Assembly: GCA_000934665.2 (NCBI GenBank)
Contig: KZ538958.1
Location: 1 to 38,720, forward strand
DNA: 38,720 nt
From: Catajapyx aquilonaris
Lineage: Eukaryota
Direction: 5' to 3'
Shown: positions 1 through 11,968 of the stretch, piece by piece
Layout: every line of letters begins with the position of its first letter
How positions within the stretch are numbered: position 1 is the first letter of the stretch
Notes under the pieces: generated by a model
What the model was told of the DNA's origin: nothing
The model's input: only the letters and a program-made list of their open reading frames with translations
Databases searched by the model: none
Program-made: the position numbers and the translations under genes

Positions 1-409
1 AAAATTATGTTTCATCAACTTGCCCCGAAAAAAACAAATGTTAATAATAATTTTTTTCTTACACATTTAAGTTAATTATTTAGTTGATATACACTAAAAG
101 TCAAAAAATCAAAATCCTCAAATATAGCAGTTTTTCCCAATTAACTCAGATATGCCTGGAAAAGTTTTGCTGAATTTTTGAACATTCTGTTTCTGTTAGT
201 TCATATTAGTTTCCTAAAAATGGAACATATTTCTGAATGTTTGTTTGCGAGAAAATGACCGTTCCCTATATGGGATGCTAGGAAAATGTAACCTAGTCTG
301 GCTATAACAGTTGTTGATTACATTACCATGGCAACAGTGACATTCAGCAATGTCCATAGTTTCATAATATCACCAGTGATTGATTGTTGTCGATTTCATT
401 ACCACGGAA

Positions 410-900
410 ACATACCTTTTTCACCAGAATTAGCTCCCTGCAACTTCTTCCTAACCTGAAAATGAAAATTAAGCTGAAATAAAGAAGATTTGATAATAAT
501 TTTGCCCATTTGCTATGGGGTTGTGCTCTTCAAAGGACGTCCAGAAAGATCGTCATCTTCAATTGAAATGGGGGATCTTTGAACCCCGATTATATCATTT
601 CTATGTCCCTAAAACATGTGTCACCGAATGCATCTTGTAGCATCTTGTGAGTTTGCAACACTTTTGCCAAGTTTGAAACAAAATTTCCGCTGTTTTTTAG
701 GCCATCCATTTTCACCCCCAGATAGAATCGCAGAACGTACCAAACACAGCACTACAAAACTGCCCACAGAAACTGATCCATTCAACCTCAGATGCTGCCA
801 CTTGGCAGAGTAGTTCAGAAAGGTCACCTGCAGCATGACCTAGAGTGGTAGCGACAAACTATGTGCGGTTCAAAAGTACTGGTGTCAGTTAGCGAACTTT
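410..900. mobile_element. Decayed mariner transposase fragments
   Basis: Plus strand at about 415-500 gives PFSPELAPCNFF..KMKIKLK.RRFD (like the mariner YSPDLAPxD motif). Minus ORF 621..836 contains KFCFKLGKS (mariner N-terminus). Confidence 0.6.
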
Positions 901-1178
901 TGGGTAGCATGTCATAGGTGCATCTTTCATAATCCCACAATACTCAGATGAACATAACTTTTAGAATTCAATGTTTGTATTTCACAAGTCTTTTTACAAA
1001 GTTATTTTAAAATTCAGATGTAGAATGAAAATGTGCTCTTCACTTTTGCATGCATTGTAAGTGTCCCTTGATGACAGTAAAACGTCAGCTTCTTAAATTA
1101 ATAATTCAAGTAAATTTGTCAAGAGCATAGACAAATTTTTATATTATTAATGTTCATGCTGTGGATATGGGTATTCAG

Positions 1179-1290
1179 CTTTCAGAGGATGTGGATTTCT
1201 TGTGGCGCCTGGCCAAAGCTACAAGGGGATTGGCCACCAATTATGGTGAGGAGGGGAATCAAGTGCTGAAGAAAGACTTCATTTTTAGAG
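1179..1290 (+). CDS. RMDN: Regulator of microtubule dynamics (RMDN/FAM82-like) internal coding exon; upstream exons lie outside the window
   Basis: Reads LSEDVDFLWRLAKATRGLATNYGEEGNQVLKKDFIFR; the FLWRLAKA motif is typical of RMDN proteins. Acceptor AG at 1177-1178 (an alternative AG at 1184-1185 cannot be excluded), donor GTGAG at 1291. Phase 1 joins in frame to the exon at 6326. Confidence 0.85.
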
Positions 1291-1897
1291 GTGAGATCAT
1301 TCATCTTTCTTGAGGTGTTTAAAATTACCTTGATTGAAGAGATGGAGCCCTCAAATTATCAAGTGTTACCCATGGATTCATATATACACTGTACTCCCGA
1401 TTATCCAGGCTAATGACTGCACAGGTGTCGCCAGATAATCGGAAAACAGAAAATAATGGTTCTAGATACTGTAAAAGGGAGCTGTACTATTTTACAAATA
1501 TGATGTTTTCAGATGGACAGGCATGACTGTACCACTTAAATTTGCAACAGGAACCACTGCTGCTGGAGTTCAGTTGCCAAAGGGCCCACCTCCACTGATT
1601 TTGGCCTTCAATAGACACTGACCTATTGGTTTCTAGTAGCTGAGATCTATGCCACTAGGTGTGTATTATGGTGCCCTATTAGCATCATAAACCACGAAAC
1701 TACATGGAGCAACTATGCATATAGGTCTATGTGCAGTTTTTTGTCTGCCATTTGGCAAATAACTTCTTCAGTTGAGAAGCACATTTTACCAGTTACTCTT
1801 TGTTATAGACAAATCACATCAATGACACTTTCTTATTCTTAATCTCACATTTTAAATAACAATTGTTAATTGGGCACCACAGACATAAATCGAAGTA

Positions 1898-2459
1898 CAG
1901 TGGGACCCGCTTATTTGGACCACATCGGGGCCACTGCATTTTGGCCCAATAAAGCGGGGGTTCGATTAACCGGGGTTCATGTGAATCAACGTTAAAAAAA
2001 ACGCAATTAGACTGCACTACCAGCTTTAATCCTCAAAAATGATTTCGCAACAGGTGAAGGTAAAATCGATGTATGAATGTGACTGTGTCATGGAAGTGCT
2101 AAGTGCTGTACTGTACAGTAATTTTAGTGCTCACTCCGCTGTAAAAAATTGTCTAGTAACACCTGTTGGGTACTTGTTTTTGACTTCATGTTAACAAAGT
2201 ACGGGCATGTGTCGAGTGCAGTCACAGGACCGCCGTCATTCCCTACTTGCATAAAAAATCATCAGTAGTACACATTATAGCAACCAAACTGGTCCGACTA
2301 ACCGGGGAAATCACCAGTTATGTGGGGGAAAATTACATTTATGGTATTGATTTGATTCCGGTCCTGGCGATTCGGTACAAAAAATGTGTGTGGGGGGGGG
2401 GGGGGGGGGNGGGGGGGGGGGGGCGATAAACCAGATGACCAATAAAGCAGGTCGCACTG
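1898..2459. mobile_element. pogo/Tigger-like MITE
   Basis: Imperfect TIRs cagtgggacccgcttatttgg / ccaataaagcaggtcgcactg, with TA on both sides. Confidence 0.7.
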
Positions 2460-3157
2460 TATACTTCCTTGTATGCTACGGTATATATGTATACAGTGCG
2501 GTACATTCCCTAATGGCTCCATAACTGCACTTCACATTCAAATATATCCTAATAATAAAAGTCAATCTGATCATTTCAGATACCACTGCCAACTTATCAG
2601 TTGAGCCATCAGCTGAAATTCCAAAGAAGTGATTTACTCAATTTGTCCCTGATTTCCAGATGCAGGCTTTCTGCAATGTAATGCACAAACTGTTTTGCCG
2701 ATTTATGATTCATGTACTATATGTCTCAAGAGTGTCCGCAGGAAATAAACTGAAAATGCTGTATGCGGCAGGAATCCTAGTAGGCCTAATAACATTGAAT
2801 CAGCTATTATGAAAAGGGCTTAAATATATATTTTTGGCATTTTCGAGTTAACACTGCCATCTTGCTTCTTGGGTTCCAAGGAGTGTGCTGAATGAAAATG
2901 GCATCAGTCAGAAAATGCCTCTACATATAATCAATCTTCACTAAAAGAATAATAGCAAGAGGAAAGATGGGAATGAGTAGGACTAATTTTTGTGTTTTTT
3001 GCAGAAGTTGGTTCATTCTTGTTGAAGCAGAATGATATGGTTCCCACAAATGTAGAGACTGGATGCCAATGCTTGATATCTTTCGTGTACCCCCAAAATT
3101 GTGTTCGTGTACCCCAGTTTGAAAACCACCATTCTACACAAAACAAAGGCTGTAGTA

Positions 3158-4883
3158 CAGTAAAACTTCTATAAGTCAACTTCCTTAAGTCAAAGTTCTC
3201 TATAAGTCGAAGAAAATGATGAGCTTGGTTGGTCACAATGTAAAATAATAGGAAATAAACCAGGGTTGTGAACCGAACCGAACCCTTGCTCCGTGAACCT
3301 GATAACATCGAACCCGCTCCGGAGCAGTAGAGCCGGAGTCCGGAGCGAGCGTCGGAACGCGGTACGGGTTCAAGGCGGTTCCGGAGTTGAGTGGAGCCAA
3401 GGTCGGAGCGAGTCCGGAGCGAGCGGCGGAAAGGGGTTCGGGTTCAAGCCGGTTCAGGGGAAGAGTGGAGTGAAGGTCGGAGCTGGTTCGGAGCTAACGG
3501 CTCCGGAGTTGAACCCGGTTCAGGAGCGGGGTTCGGAGCGTGTTCCGGATCGGGTTCGGAGCGGTTCAAAGCTTGGTTAGGTACAACATACCAACCCAAC
3601 AGGGGGAAAGGCAGCAAAGCCGCTGGATTTACTCCAGAGTATGCATCATGTTTTCATGGTGGGAGAATGACATTTCCAAGCACCCGCGATACAGGGTGTA
3701 CCGTAAATGTCACATTTTCATGTCATGCGCATTTTGGTATGTCACAATATGTCATGCGCATTTTTGTATGCTACAATATGTCATACGCATTTTTGTATGC
3801 CACAATATCTCGTACCCATTTTTTGGATGTCACATTCTCATGTCATGCGCATTTTTGTATGCTACAATATGTCATACGCATTTTTGTATGTTACAATATC
3901 ATATTATTGTAACATACAAAAAATGCATATGACATGAGAATGTGACATCCAAAAAATGGGTATGACATATTGTGGCATACAAAAATGCGCATGACATGAA
4001 AATGTGACATTTACGGTACACCCTGTATCGCGGGTGCTTGGAAATGTCATTCTCCCACCATGAAAACATGATGCATACTCTGGAGTAAATCCAGCGGTTT
4101 TGCTGCCTTTCCCCCTGTTGGGTTGGTATGTTGTACCTAACCAAGCTTTGAACCGCTCTGAACCCGATCCGGAACACGCTCCGAACCCCGCTCCTGAACC
4201 GGTTCAACTCCGGAGCCGTTCGCTCCGAACCAGCTCCGACCTTCACTCCACTCTTCCCCTGAACCGCCTTGAACCCGTACCCCGTTCCGACGCTCGCTCC
4301 GGACTCCGGCTCTACTGCTCCGGAGCGGGTTCGATGTTATTGGGTTCACGGAGCTAGGGTTCGGTTCGGTTCACAACCCTGAAATAAACTTCCCTAACTC
4401 GAATTTCTACAACTCGAAGTTCTCCATAACTCGAAGTGCAGGCAGGGCCTTACGATGGGATATCAATGCATTTTCAGTCTCCCTAAGTCAAAGTTCATGT
4501 TGGCGAGTATGGAAAATTTGCTCATTTCCCAGCCGAAGGGTCGAGAGTAGGCCACATGTACAGACAGGTTCAATTTCCAGCTCTCCGTCTACCAGACGTA
4601 CTGAAAGAAGTGTTTGACTCGATTGTGACAATTTAATCCTTGAATCTAAGAATAGGCAAATGTCCATAACGGAGATCTTTTTACAACATTACAACGAGGA
4701 CCTTTGTAAGTGTGATAGTGACAGTTATATTAAAGTTTTGAACACCTTTCGTCGCTGGATATAAAGGTAGTCTTCCTTATAGAGGTCTGTGCTTAAAAAA
4801 TGCCAAACTTCTCTAACTCGAATCTTCTATAACTCGAAGTTTTTTCCGGTCCCATGGAGATTCGACTTATGGAAGTTTTACTG
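3158..4883 (+). mobile_element. About 600-bp pogo/Tigger-like MITE family A, copy 1, interrupted by a hAT fold-back element
   Basis: TIR cagtaaaacttctataagtc...gacttatggaagttttactg, TA flanks, repeated taa(g/c)tcgaa subterminal motifs. Colinear with the copies at 5402 and 31840 once the insert is removed. Confidence 0.88.
3261..4381. mobile_element. hAT-like non-autonomous fold-back element (1121 bp, palindromic throughout)
   Basis: Ends CAGGGTTGTGAACCGAACCGAACCC / exact reverse complement. Perfect 8-bp TSD aaataaac at 3253-3260 and 4382-4389. Uninterrupted host sequence is seen in the other family A copies. Confidence 0.92.
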
Positions 4884-4984
4884 TATTATGAGGCACTTAA
4901 GAGTTTTTCATTCAATCATGTGACACAGTTGCAGTGTGCCTTTGTTCAGGACCCCCCCGTCAAAAGGACTGTCCAGTCAGATAT

Positions 4985-5140
4985 ATGGAAGCAATGAACA
5001 TTGACCATCGAGTGGTAGTCAGTTTTTTAACCACAGCAGGTATTGGTAGTACACAAATCTCCATTGCTGTATGAGTACCATATACGAAAACTGTGTGTCT
5101 TTGTCAAGTGTTAAAGCCTGGAGTAAGTGCATTTGCGTGC
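4985..5140 (+). mobile_element. Mariner N-terminal HTH remnant
   Basis: Frameshifted reading HRVVVSFLTTAG...CVSLSSVKAWSK resembles the mariner N-terminal helix-turn-helix. Confidence 0.5.
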
Positions 5141-5401
5141 CCTGGCCTGGAATCATCAGTCAATGACAACAACCCCTACCACTAACTCCAGACTCGAACA
5201 TGTAACAAAGAAGAGTGATGGAGTTCTGCACTCCCAACACCTTCTGTGATTTAAAAACTTATTATTTGGGGGTCGGGGTGGGGGGTGGGGGAAAGGCAGA
5301 GAGAGAGAAAGGGGGGGCAGGGGGAGGGAGAGGGAGAGAGAGAACATAGGCACACTGCCACTCTTATTATTGAATCAGAATCTCTTATGTGCATCATAAT
5401 A

Positions 5402-6002
5402 CAGTAAAACTTCTATAAGTCGAATCTCCTTGGGACCGGAAAAAAACTTCGAGTTATAGAAGATTCGAGTTAGAGAAGTTTGGACTTTTTAAGCACATAA
5501 CTCTATAAGGACACCTACCTTTATATCCAGCGACAAAAGGTGTTCAAAACTTTAAAATAACTGTCACTATAACACTTACAATGTTCCTCTTTGATGTTTT
5601 GGTGTAAAAAAAACTTCATTATGGACATTTGCCTATTCTTAGATTCAAGGATTAAATTGTCACAATCGAGTCAAACACTTCTTTCAGTACGTCTGGTAGA
5701 CGGAGAGCTGGAAATTGAACCTGTCTGTACATGTGGCCTACTCTCGACCCTTCGGCTGGGAAATGAGCAAATTTTCCATACTCGCCAACATGAACTTTGA
5801 CTTAGGGAGACTGAAAATGCATTGATATCCCATCGTAAGGCCCTGCCTGCACTTCGAGTTATGGAGAACTTCGAGTTATAGAAATTCGAGTTAGGGAAGT
5901 TTACTTCCTATTATTTTACATTGTGACCAACCAAGCTCATAATTTTCTTCGACTTATAGAGAACTTCAACTTAGGGAAGTTCGACTTATAGAAGTTTTAC
6001 TG
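5402..6002 (-). mobile_element. MITE family A, copy 2 (inverted relative to copy 1)
   Basis: Same TIRs, TA flanks, reverse complement of 3158-3260 plus 4390-4883. Confidence 0.9.
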
Positions 6003-6325
6003 TACTACATCGAAACCACCTTTATTTTGTGTAGAAGCTTCTCGCAAGAAACCCATCCGGAAATTTGCTATATGACCGTGGCTCGTTTTCATTTGAATGA
6101 CCCTTATGTTACTGTCAACTTTCAGAAGACTGGCTTGCAATTATAATGAGCCTAAGTGTCTGTGCCTTCGTGCATGAGCAGAATATAATTATCGCTAGAC
6201 AAATTATCATATCAGAAGGGGAGCCTTAATTTTTTCCAATAAGAATTTTTGCATTGCTTTCTTAGGCACTAACATATGTAACTGTGTATCAACTAGTATT
6301 ATTCCAATGCTACCATCTTCTGCAG

Positions 6326-6777
6326 CACATGAGTATGCATGCCTTGCACTGGAGCTTGATGATGCGAGTCCCCAGGCCCATCTTTGGTATGCCATAACTC
6401 TAGGATCAAAGGGGGAGTTCCTGGGCATCAAGGAGAAGATCCTGAATGGATTTGAGTTCAAGAAGCATGTGGATTGTGCCAGGAAGCTCAACCCAACAGC
6501 TGCAGTTACCTATCATTTGCTAGGACGATTTTGCTTTGAGGTTTCCACCCTTTCTTGGATAGAGAGAAAAGTGGCCTCCACTGTATTTGCTTCCCCACCA
6601 TCCTCCACCTTTGACGAGGCATTGGAACTCTTTCTGACAGCTGATCAACTCAGAAAACACTCACCGTGGAAGGAGAACCAGCTTTTTGTGGCTAAGTGTT
6701 ACGTGCAGATGGGGCAGTATGTGGATGCAATTGCATGGCTGGACAAAGCTGCTGAGATGCCTGTAGTCTCCAGTGAT
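6326..6777 (+). CDS. RMDN: RMDN-like TPR-containing exon
   Basis: Part of ORF 6307..6822: AHLWYAITLGSKGEFLGIKEKILNGFEFKKHVD...HLLGRFCFEVSTLSWIERKVASTVFASPPSSTFDEALELF, characteristic of the RMDN1-3 family. tgcag acceptor ends at 6325, gtgagt donor at 6778. Paralog number not assignable. Confidence 0.93.
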
Positions 6778-8083
6778 GTGAGTAATTTTATTGCTTCTCA
6801 ATCTCTAAGTCTAAGGGGATAAATGCTATTTTTTCTGCTGTGCTCAAGAATACACAAACATTTATCTTACTGCCATATTTTGTGTGGACATAGGCAGAGT
6901 CAAGAGAAGCAATTTTGGGAGAGGAAGGCCAATTGTACTACCTTTGAGTGCCAGGTGGCATCAAAGGTCTGTATAGAGGTAAATGCAGTGTTCTAATAAT
7001 TGAAGACCTCGGGGGAAGAACAATGAATGTCCACTTTTTGTCAATAATGAGTTACATATCTCAGAAGATACTTTCACTGGGGTAGAATATCTCAGTTGGC
7101 AATATCTCAGTTTCACATGAGGTGGACCTTGATTGTTCTGCCCCAGAAGTTTTCAGTTACTGTCTGCTACCTCCTTCTCAGACAATCATGCATTGCCACA
7201 TTATTTTAAACATGTATGGCAGGCTTGAGCAGGAGTTGCTAGCATGAGGCTGTTTCATGAAGGCAGAGAGTGAGGGTCTGTTCACAATGTTTTTTGATGC
7301 TGTGAGTGACAGCCAAATAGCAGTGTAATCCATGGAGTCCAAACTGACAGAATTTGGGTGAGCAGGAGGGAGGTGGAGAAGGGCTCTCACCTGTTTGTTG
7401 GGATGTGCTTCCTTGGAGACAAAGTTGCCACACTCCTGTGGTCCTAAATACGAGTATCGCATGTGCTTAAATATTGGGATGCTTTCCTATGTCAAGGCAG
7501 TGGCAAAGTACAGGATGGAGGGAAGGGTGTGGAGCCTTAATAGAAATCAATTCTGCTAATTAGACTGGGTAGATGCTAAGAAATCACCAGGAAAAACCTC
7601 ACATTTTGGGATTATAGGTAATGAGTGGTTGATGACAAATTGAAAATGATCAATTCTGGTTGTTAAAAACCCTGTGAACATGAGCATTAAGAACGATACT
7701 CCAATTGTTATGCCTTTATTGACCTATCCATCATAGAGAAGAGATTCAAAGTAGTAAGCCCCATGTATTATCAGCTGCAATAAAGTGCATTGCATCTGAA
7801 GTTTTTAGGGTAAATTGTGCGAATGCAGATTTGGAGAAATGGTACCATTTTGTCGCCTTAAATCTTGTTCAAGCCCAGAAATCATTATAGGAGTGCACAT
7901 TTTTTTTCGAATCTCCTATGAAGCCCTGAATAAAAACTTAATTTCACCCAGTTTCTGAGAAAATTCAACACCTCTGTCAAACACTTCCATGTTTTGACTT
8001 ACCTTGTCTTACAGTACTATCATATTTCCACATGGTTTGGCAAGGACTGCCTTGGAATTCATTTATACCAAGGGGCACAGACA

Positions 8084-9173
8084 GGTCCCTGATAAACCTG
8101 GCGAATGACTATTCAGCGAGTACTATTGGGCAAAAATGAAATTCAGCGAAGGCACTTTTCAGCAACAGGAACCTTCTTCAAACACTGTTTTTGACGAAAT
8201 ATCAAATCGGTGAATGCACTTTCCGGCAGCAGGATAATTATTCACCGAAGAAGCTTTTCGACTGCATGGAAACAGCGAATACTTTAGGCCTACTCTATCC
8301 ACCCCATGGGGAAGTATAGTCAGTCCTGTTGATCTTGATTTTACAATTCCAGTATTTGAGGAAAGTAACCTATAATATTTCTTATTAATGGAATCTACAC
8401 AACTGCTGACAAGGGTGAACACAATGAAGGAAGGAGAAAATGCTGCTTCATGTTGTCATTAGAATATTTAGACAATAATTGGAATAATAATAATTTTTAT
8501 ATAACATGTGATCCACAACATTTCAGTGCCATGACAGAAGACGATTTATTGGTCATTAATAAAATCAGTCATTTTTTTCTTGTATGTTACACTTCTATCC
8601 GAACCATCACTTCATTATCTTTTGAGTCTAATTTCCCTCTCGTTGAAAAGCTACTTAGGAAAGTTGTCCTGTTGCCGAAAAGTGTGCTTGCTAAATTGCC
8701 ATTTCGTCTAACACAGTTTTTTTTTTTTTTTTTTTTTTTTTAAACGTTACCCCGTGATAAGGCTGAGCCTTTTTAGGGGGGTGGAATACCACCATTTCAC
8801 TCCATTTTCATATATTAACTTCATTCACCGGTGCAAGGAGTCAAGGATGTAGGGTAAGGATAGGGATTTTTGAGGAGGGAACATAGGGTGCAAGTGCAAG
8901 GTCTGTAAAGGGGTCATGTGCTGTTCCCCAGGAGGTTAGGTTGCCAGACACCTCCTTGGTGCAGGTCAGAGACCCTCCTGACGCAGGTGAAAGGAAAGTT
9001 CCCCAGGCGGGGATCGAACCTGGGGCCTTTCACTCAGCAAGCCGAGACGTTACCATCACGGCCACCACACCTCCCCCTCTAACACAGTTTTAGGAGAATG
9101 TTCCAGTCCCAAAAAAGTGCCTTTGCCAAATTTCATTTTCACCAAATGGTACTTGCTGAGTTTATCGTGGACT
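8084..9173. mobile_element. Mutator-like (9-bp TSD) MITE containing a SINE
   Basis: Direct repeat gcacagaca at 8075-8083 and 9174-9182. Imperfect TIRs ggtccctgataaac / gtttatcgtggact, continuing inward as degenerate inverted sequence. Superfamily inferred from TSD length only. Confidence 0.65.
8721..9077 (-). mobile_element. tRNA-derived SINE family 1, copy 1
   Basis: Head with A box TGGCCGTGATGG and B box GGTTCGATCCC, poly(A) tail, TSD tctaacacagtttt (8707-8720, 9078-9091). Three copies in the window. Confidence 0.92.
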
Positions 9174-9342
9174 GCACAGACACAGTTGGAATCATTCCTG
9201 GGTGAAAGTGCCCAAAACTGCTAGGATGGCATAGTCATTAATTTTGTGGCAAGAAGGAAATGCACTACTAACATGGTTGGTTTGCTCATTGGTGTCAACA
9301 TGCGTCAGGAAAGGTAGTGACTGCTGTTGGGTAGCAGTAATA

Positions 9343-10195
9343 CAGGGTGTCCCACAAATTACGCTACCCAGAATTACTTCCATAACATCAACACAAATGA
9401 AGATATTGCAACGAAATTTGAACTGAACTAACCTTGTCATGTGTGATTTGAAATGGCATCACAACATGTGTTGGAAATGGCCACCATTAGCGGCCAGGCA
9501 GGTCTCAACACGGCGCGACATATTTTGGAATGTTCTGGCCAGCATATCCTGCGGTACTGCCTGAATTTCCTGGACGATGTTGTCCTTCAAGACCTTCAAG
9601 GACCGTGGATTGTTGCGGTACACTCTTCCATTCAGAAAGCCCCATAAGAAGTAATCAGGTGGCGTAAGATCGGCGACCGCGGTGGCCACAGTCCCTTCGA
9701 AATGACTCAGTCGCCTAAGAAGGACTTTATTTCGGCCATGCTGACATGTGATGTGTGGCATGTCGCCCCATCCTGTTGAAAATATCCAGTCGAAAGGTCC
9801 ACATCGTCCAATTCGTTCACAAAGGTCTGAAAGAGTTCCATTGATGTACGCAGATGATGTGATGGTGGTGTCGAAGAAGATCGGACCAATTATGCGGCGC
9901 TGGGGCATCGCACACCAAACACCAACCTTCTGTGAATGAGGGGGCTCTTCATGTATGGCATGGGGATTTTCAGTTGCCCAAATGCGAGAGTTTTGTGAAT
10001 TGATGTATCCAGACAGGTGTCGTCTGGCCGATTCGTCGCTCCAGCATCGGTATTACATCCCCCACATTTGACACACCCATTCCAATTCCTTTCTCACGTG
10101 TTGAGGTTGCTTGAGTTCAAATTCCGTTGCAATATCTTCATTTGTGTTACAGTTATTAATGTAATTCTGGGTAGCGTAATTTGTGGGACACCCTG
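9343..10195 (-). mobile_element. Internally deleted Tc1/mariner element (rosa/DD41D-like) with disrupted transposase
   Basis: TIRs of about 80 bp (cagggtgtcccacaaattacgctacccagaattac...), TA TSD. Minus-strand motifs HSQKVGVWCA, IIGPIFF, FQQDGATCHT, WPPRS/DLTPPDYFLWG and GGHFQH, with frameshifts and a stop. Confidence 0.9.
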
Positions 10196-10491
10196 TATAA
10201 CCAATGGTATGTGGGAAATGGGATTCAGACAGCAGTGTTTCAAAGGCACCAGAAGAAAATGTGCACATTTCCTCATAATTCATTTGAATTTGTGTGACAT
10301 GCATTTGTATGACACACTTATAGAATATGCAAGAAATTATGGAAATATGTATTGTTTATAAAACGTTATATATATAAAATCTGTCTTCTTGGTTTTAAAT
10401 TTGCACTCATACAATTGGCCTCAAATCTTGGTCAGCATGAAAGTATCTCGAAAACAGAGAAAGTTTAACCTTCTTCTTGTCCCTTTTCCAG

Positions 10492-10554
10492 GACAAGGCA
10501 GCTCAAAAAGAAATTCTACGTCTGCAAGCCAAATACTCATCATACAGGGAGTGA
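10492..10554 (+). CDS. RMDN: RMDN-like terminal coding exon
   Basis: Strong polypyrimidine acceptor (cttcttcttgtcccttttccag), phase 0 matching the 6777 donor. Reads DKAAQKEILRLQAKYSSYRE-stop. AATAAA hexamers follow at about 10826-10838. Confidence 0.85.
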   Translation, partial: DKAAQKEILRLQAKYSSYRE

Positions 10555-10709
10555 CTCAGGTATACAACGGAAAAGTCTTTGCCGCTGAGTGGTTTCAGTG
10601 ATTATTGTGGATCACAAAAAGGACCAGGATTATGGGTATGGATATTGGTGCTACATATTTACAGACATGTATAAACAGTACATATGAAGTATTCCACACA
10701 GAGTAGCAC

Positions 10710-11415
10710 ACCTTTTGTTCCATTTCAACCATATTTGGTTATTTTGTAGTACTCGTATGTGTGTGGAGCTAATCAAGTTAGTTTTTCCCTATGATGTGTG
10801 TTGCACAACTACAGGATGCGAAGTCAATAAAAAATAAAGGGGTGGTTCCATTTCAAATCAGGCAGGGGCTGTCAGGGCTTGGTCTCCGATTATTACGGAT
10901 AAATTACACGAAGTACCTCTGTCGAAATGAGGAATAATGACACTGGCTATTTTTCAGTGTCATTTTTTATTTGCCCTGAAAAAATCATAACTGCAGGGGT
11001 ACCAAATCTGCTATTTCTCAAAGTTCATTTTTTCTCAACTCTGGATGCTCGTACCAATTTTCCCATAAGTTACACAAAAACCAAATTTGGAATGGAGCAA
11101 CTGCCTACGTAGGACTGAATTTTCAATATAAAATAATTGCGAAAGTATGATTAACAACTCTGGAAAAAATTTGCAAAAATGCTGTTTTACGACATTTTAG
11201 CAATTGTCGCAATTTTTCTTTTTTGCAATAAAAAATATTTGTAGGCAAATGAAACATAATAGACTTTCAGTACAACTCATAACTTCTCTACTTATCAGCT
11301 TCGTTAAGATTTGAAATCAAAGGTTAACAGTGGAGCCATTGTTGAACATTGTTAACTTCATAAAACATGGTTTGGAAGAAAATAATTTTCTCAAAAAACC
11401 TGTTGGATAATAATA

Positions 11416-11470
<55 letters not shown>

Positions 11471-11968
11471 TCATACCCCGTTATCAGCCAGCTAATATAG
11501 CTAATATAGCCGGCTGATAAATAAATTAATATGATACAACTCAAAAATGTTAACAGCTAAACCTCCATTCAAAATGGTGTCAAATTTTTAAATGGCACTT
11601 ACTTCAACAGGTGGAATATTTACTTGAGAACTGCACAAAATTAGGATCATACAAATGCAATTTTTAGCAATGATATACTACGGTACTACTGTAATTTATA
11701 ACTAAGGGACAGGGTTTGTTTCCTAGGGGTCCCCAGTTAGTTTTTGAATCATTTTGGACCATATATTTTTCTCCTCCTCCTCCTTTTTCTGGGCCCTGGG
11801 CAGAGAAAGAAGTGTGATTCTGCCCAGACATGTTTGTAGAAAAGTGGAAAAATGATCACAATCCTATAGTTGTGCAACCACACATCACAGGGACGAACAA
11901 ACTTTGTTACCTGCATCCATATACCAGTACTGCAAAATAGCCAAATGTGGCTGAAATGGAACAAGGTC
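10710..11968. repeat. Diverged inverted repeat pair of about 105 bp (10710-10816 vs 11861-11968), probably an old MITE with nested sequence
   Basis: gttccatttcaaccatatttggttattttgtagtact...ttgcacaactacaggat matches the reverse complement of 11861-11968. Confidence 0.6.
11408..11470. repeat. (AAT)n microsatellite
   Basis: Directly visible tandem AAT run with one interruption. Confidence 0.95.

Noticed and set aside
1060..1095. Penelope-type hammerhead-like string (ttgatgacag...aaacgtcag)
   Set aside because: The core CUGANGA/GAAA and the stems are not intact.
3700..4010. Repeats of about 29 bp resembling a CRISPR array
   Set aside because: Units are contiguous without unique spacers, there are no cas genes, and the context is eukaryotic.
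3293..4357. Several overlapping 70-173 aa ORFs on both strands
   Set aside because: They are translations of tandem motifs in the hAT palindrome and mirror each other; no protein family signal.
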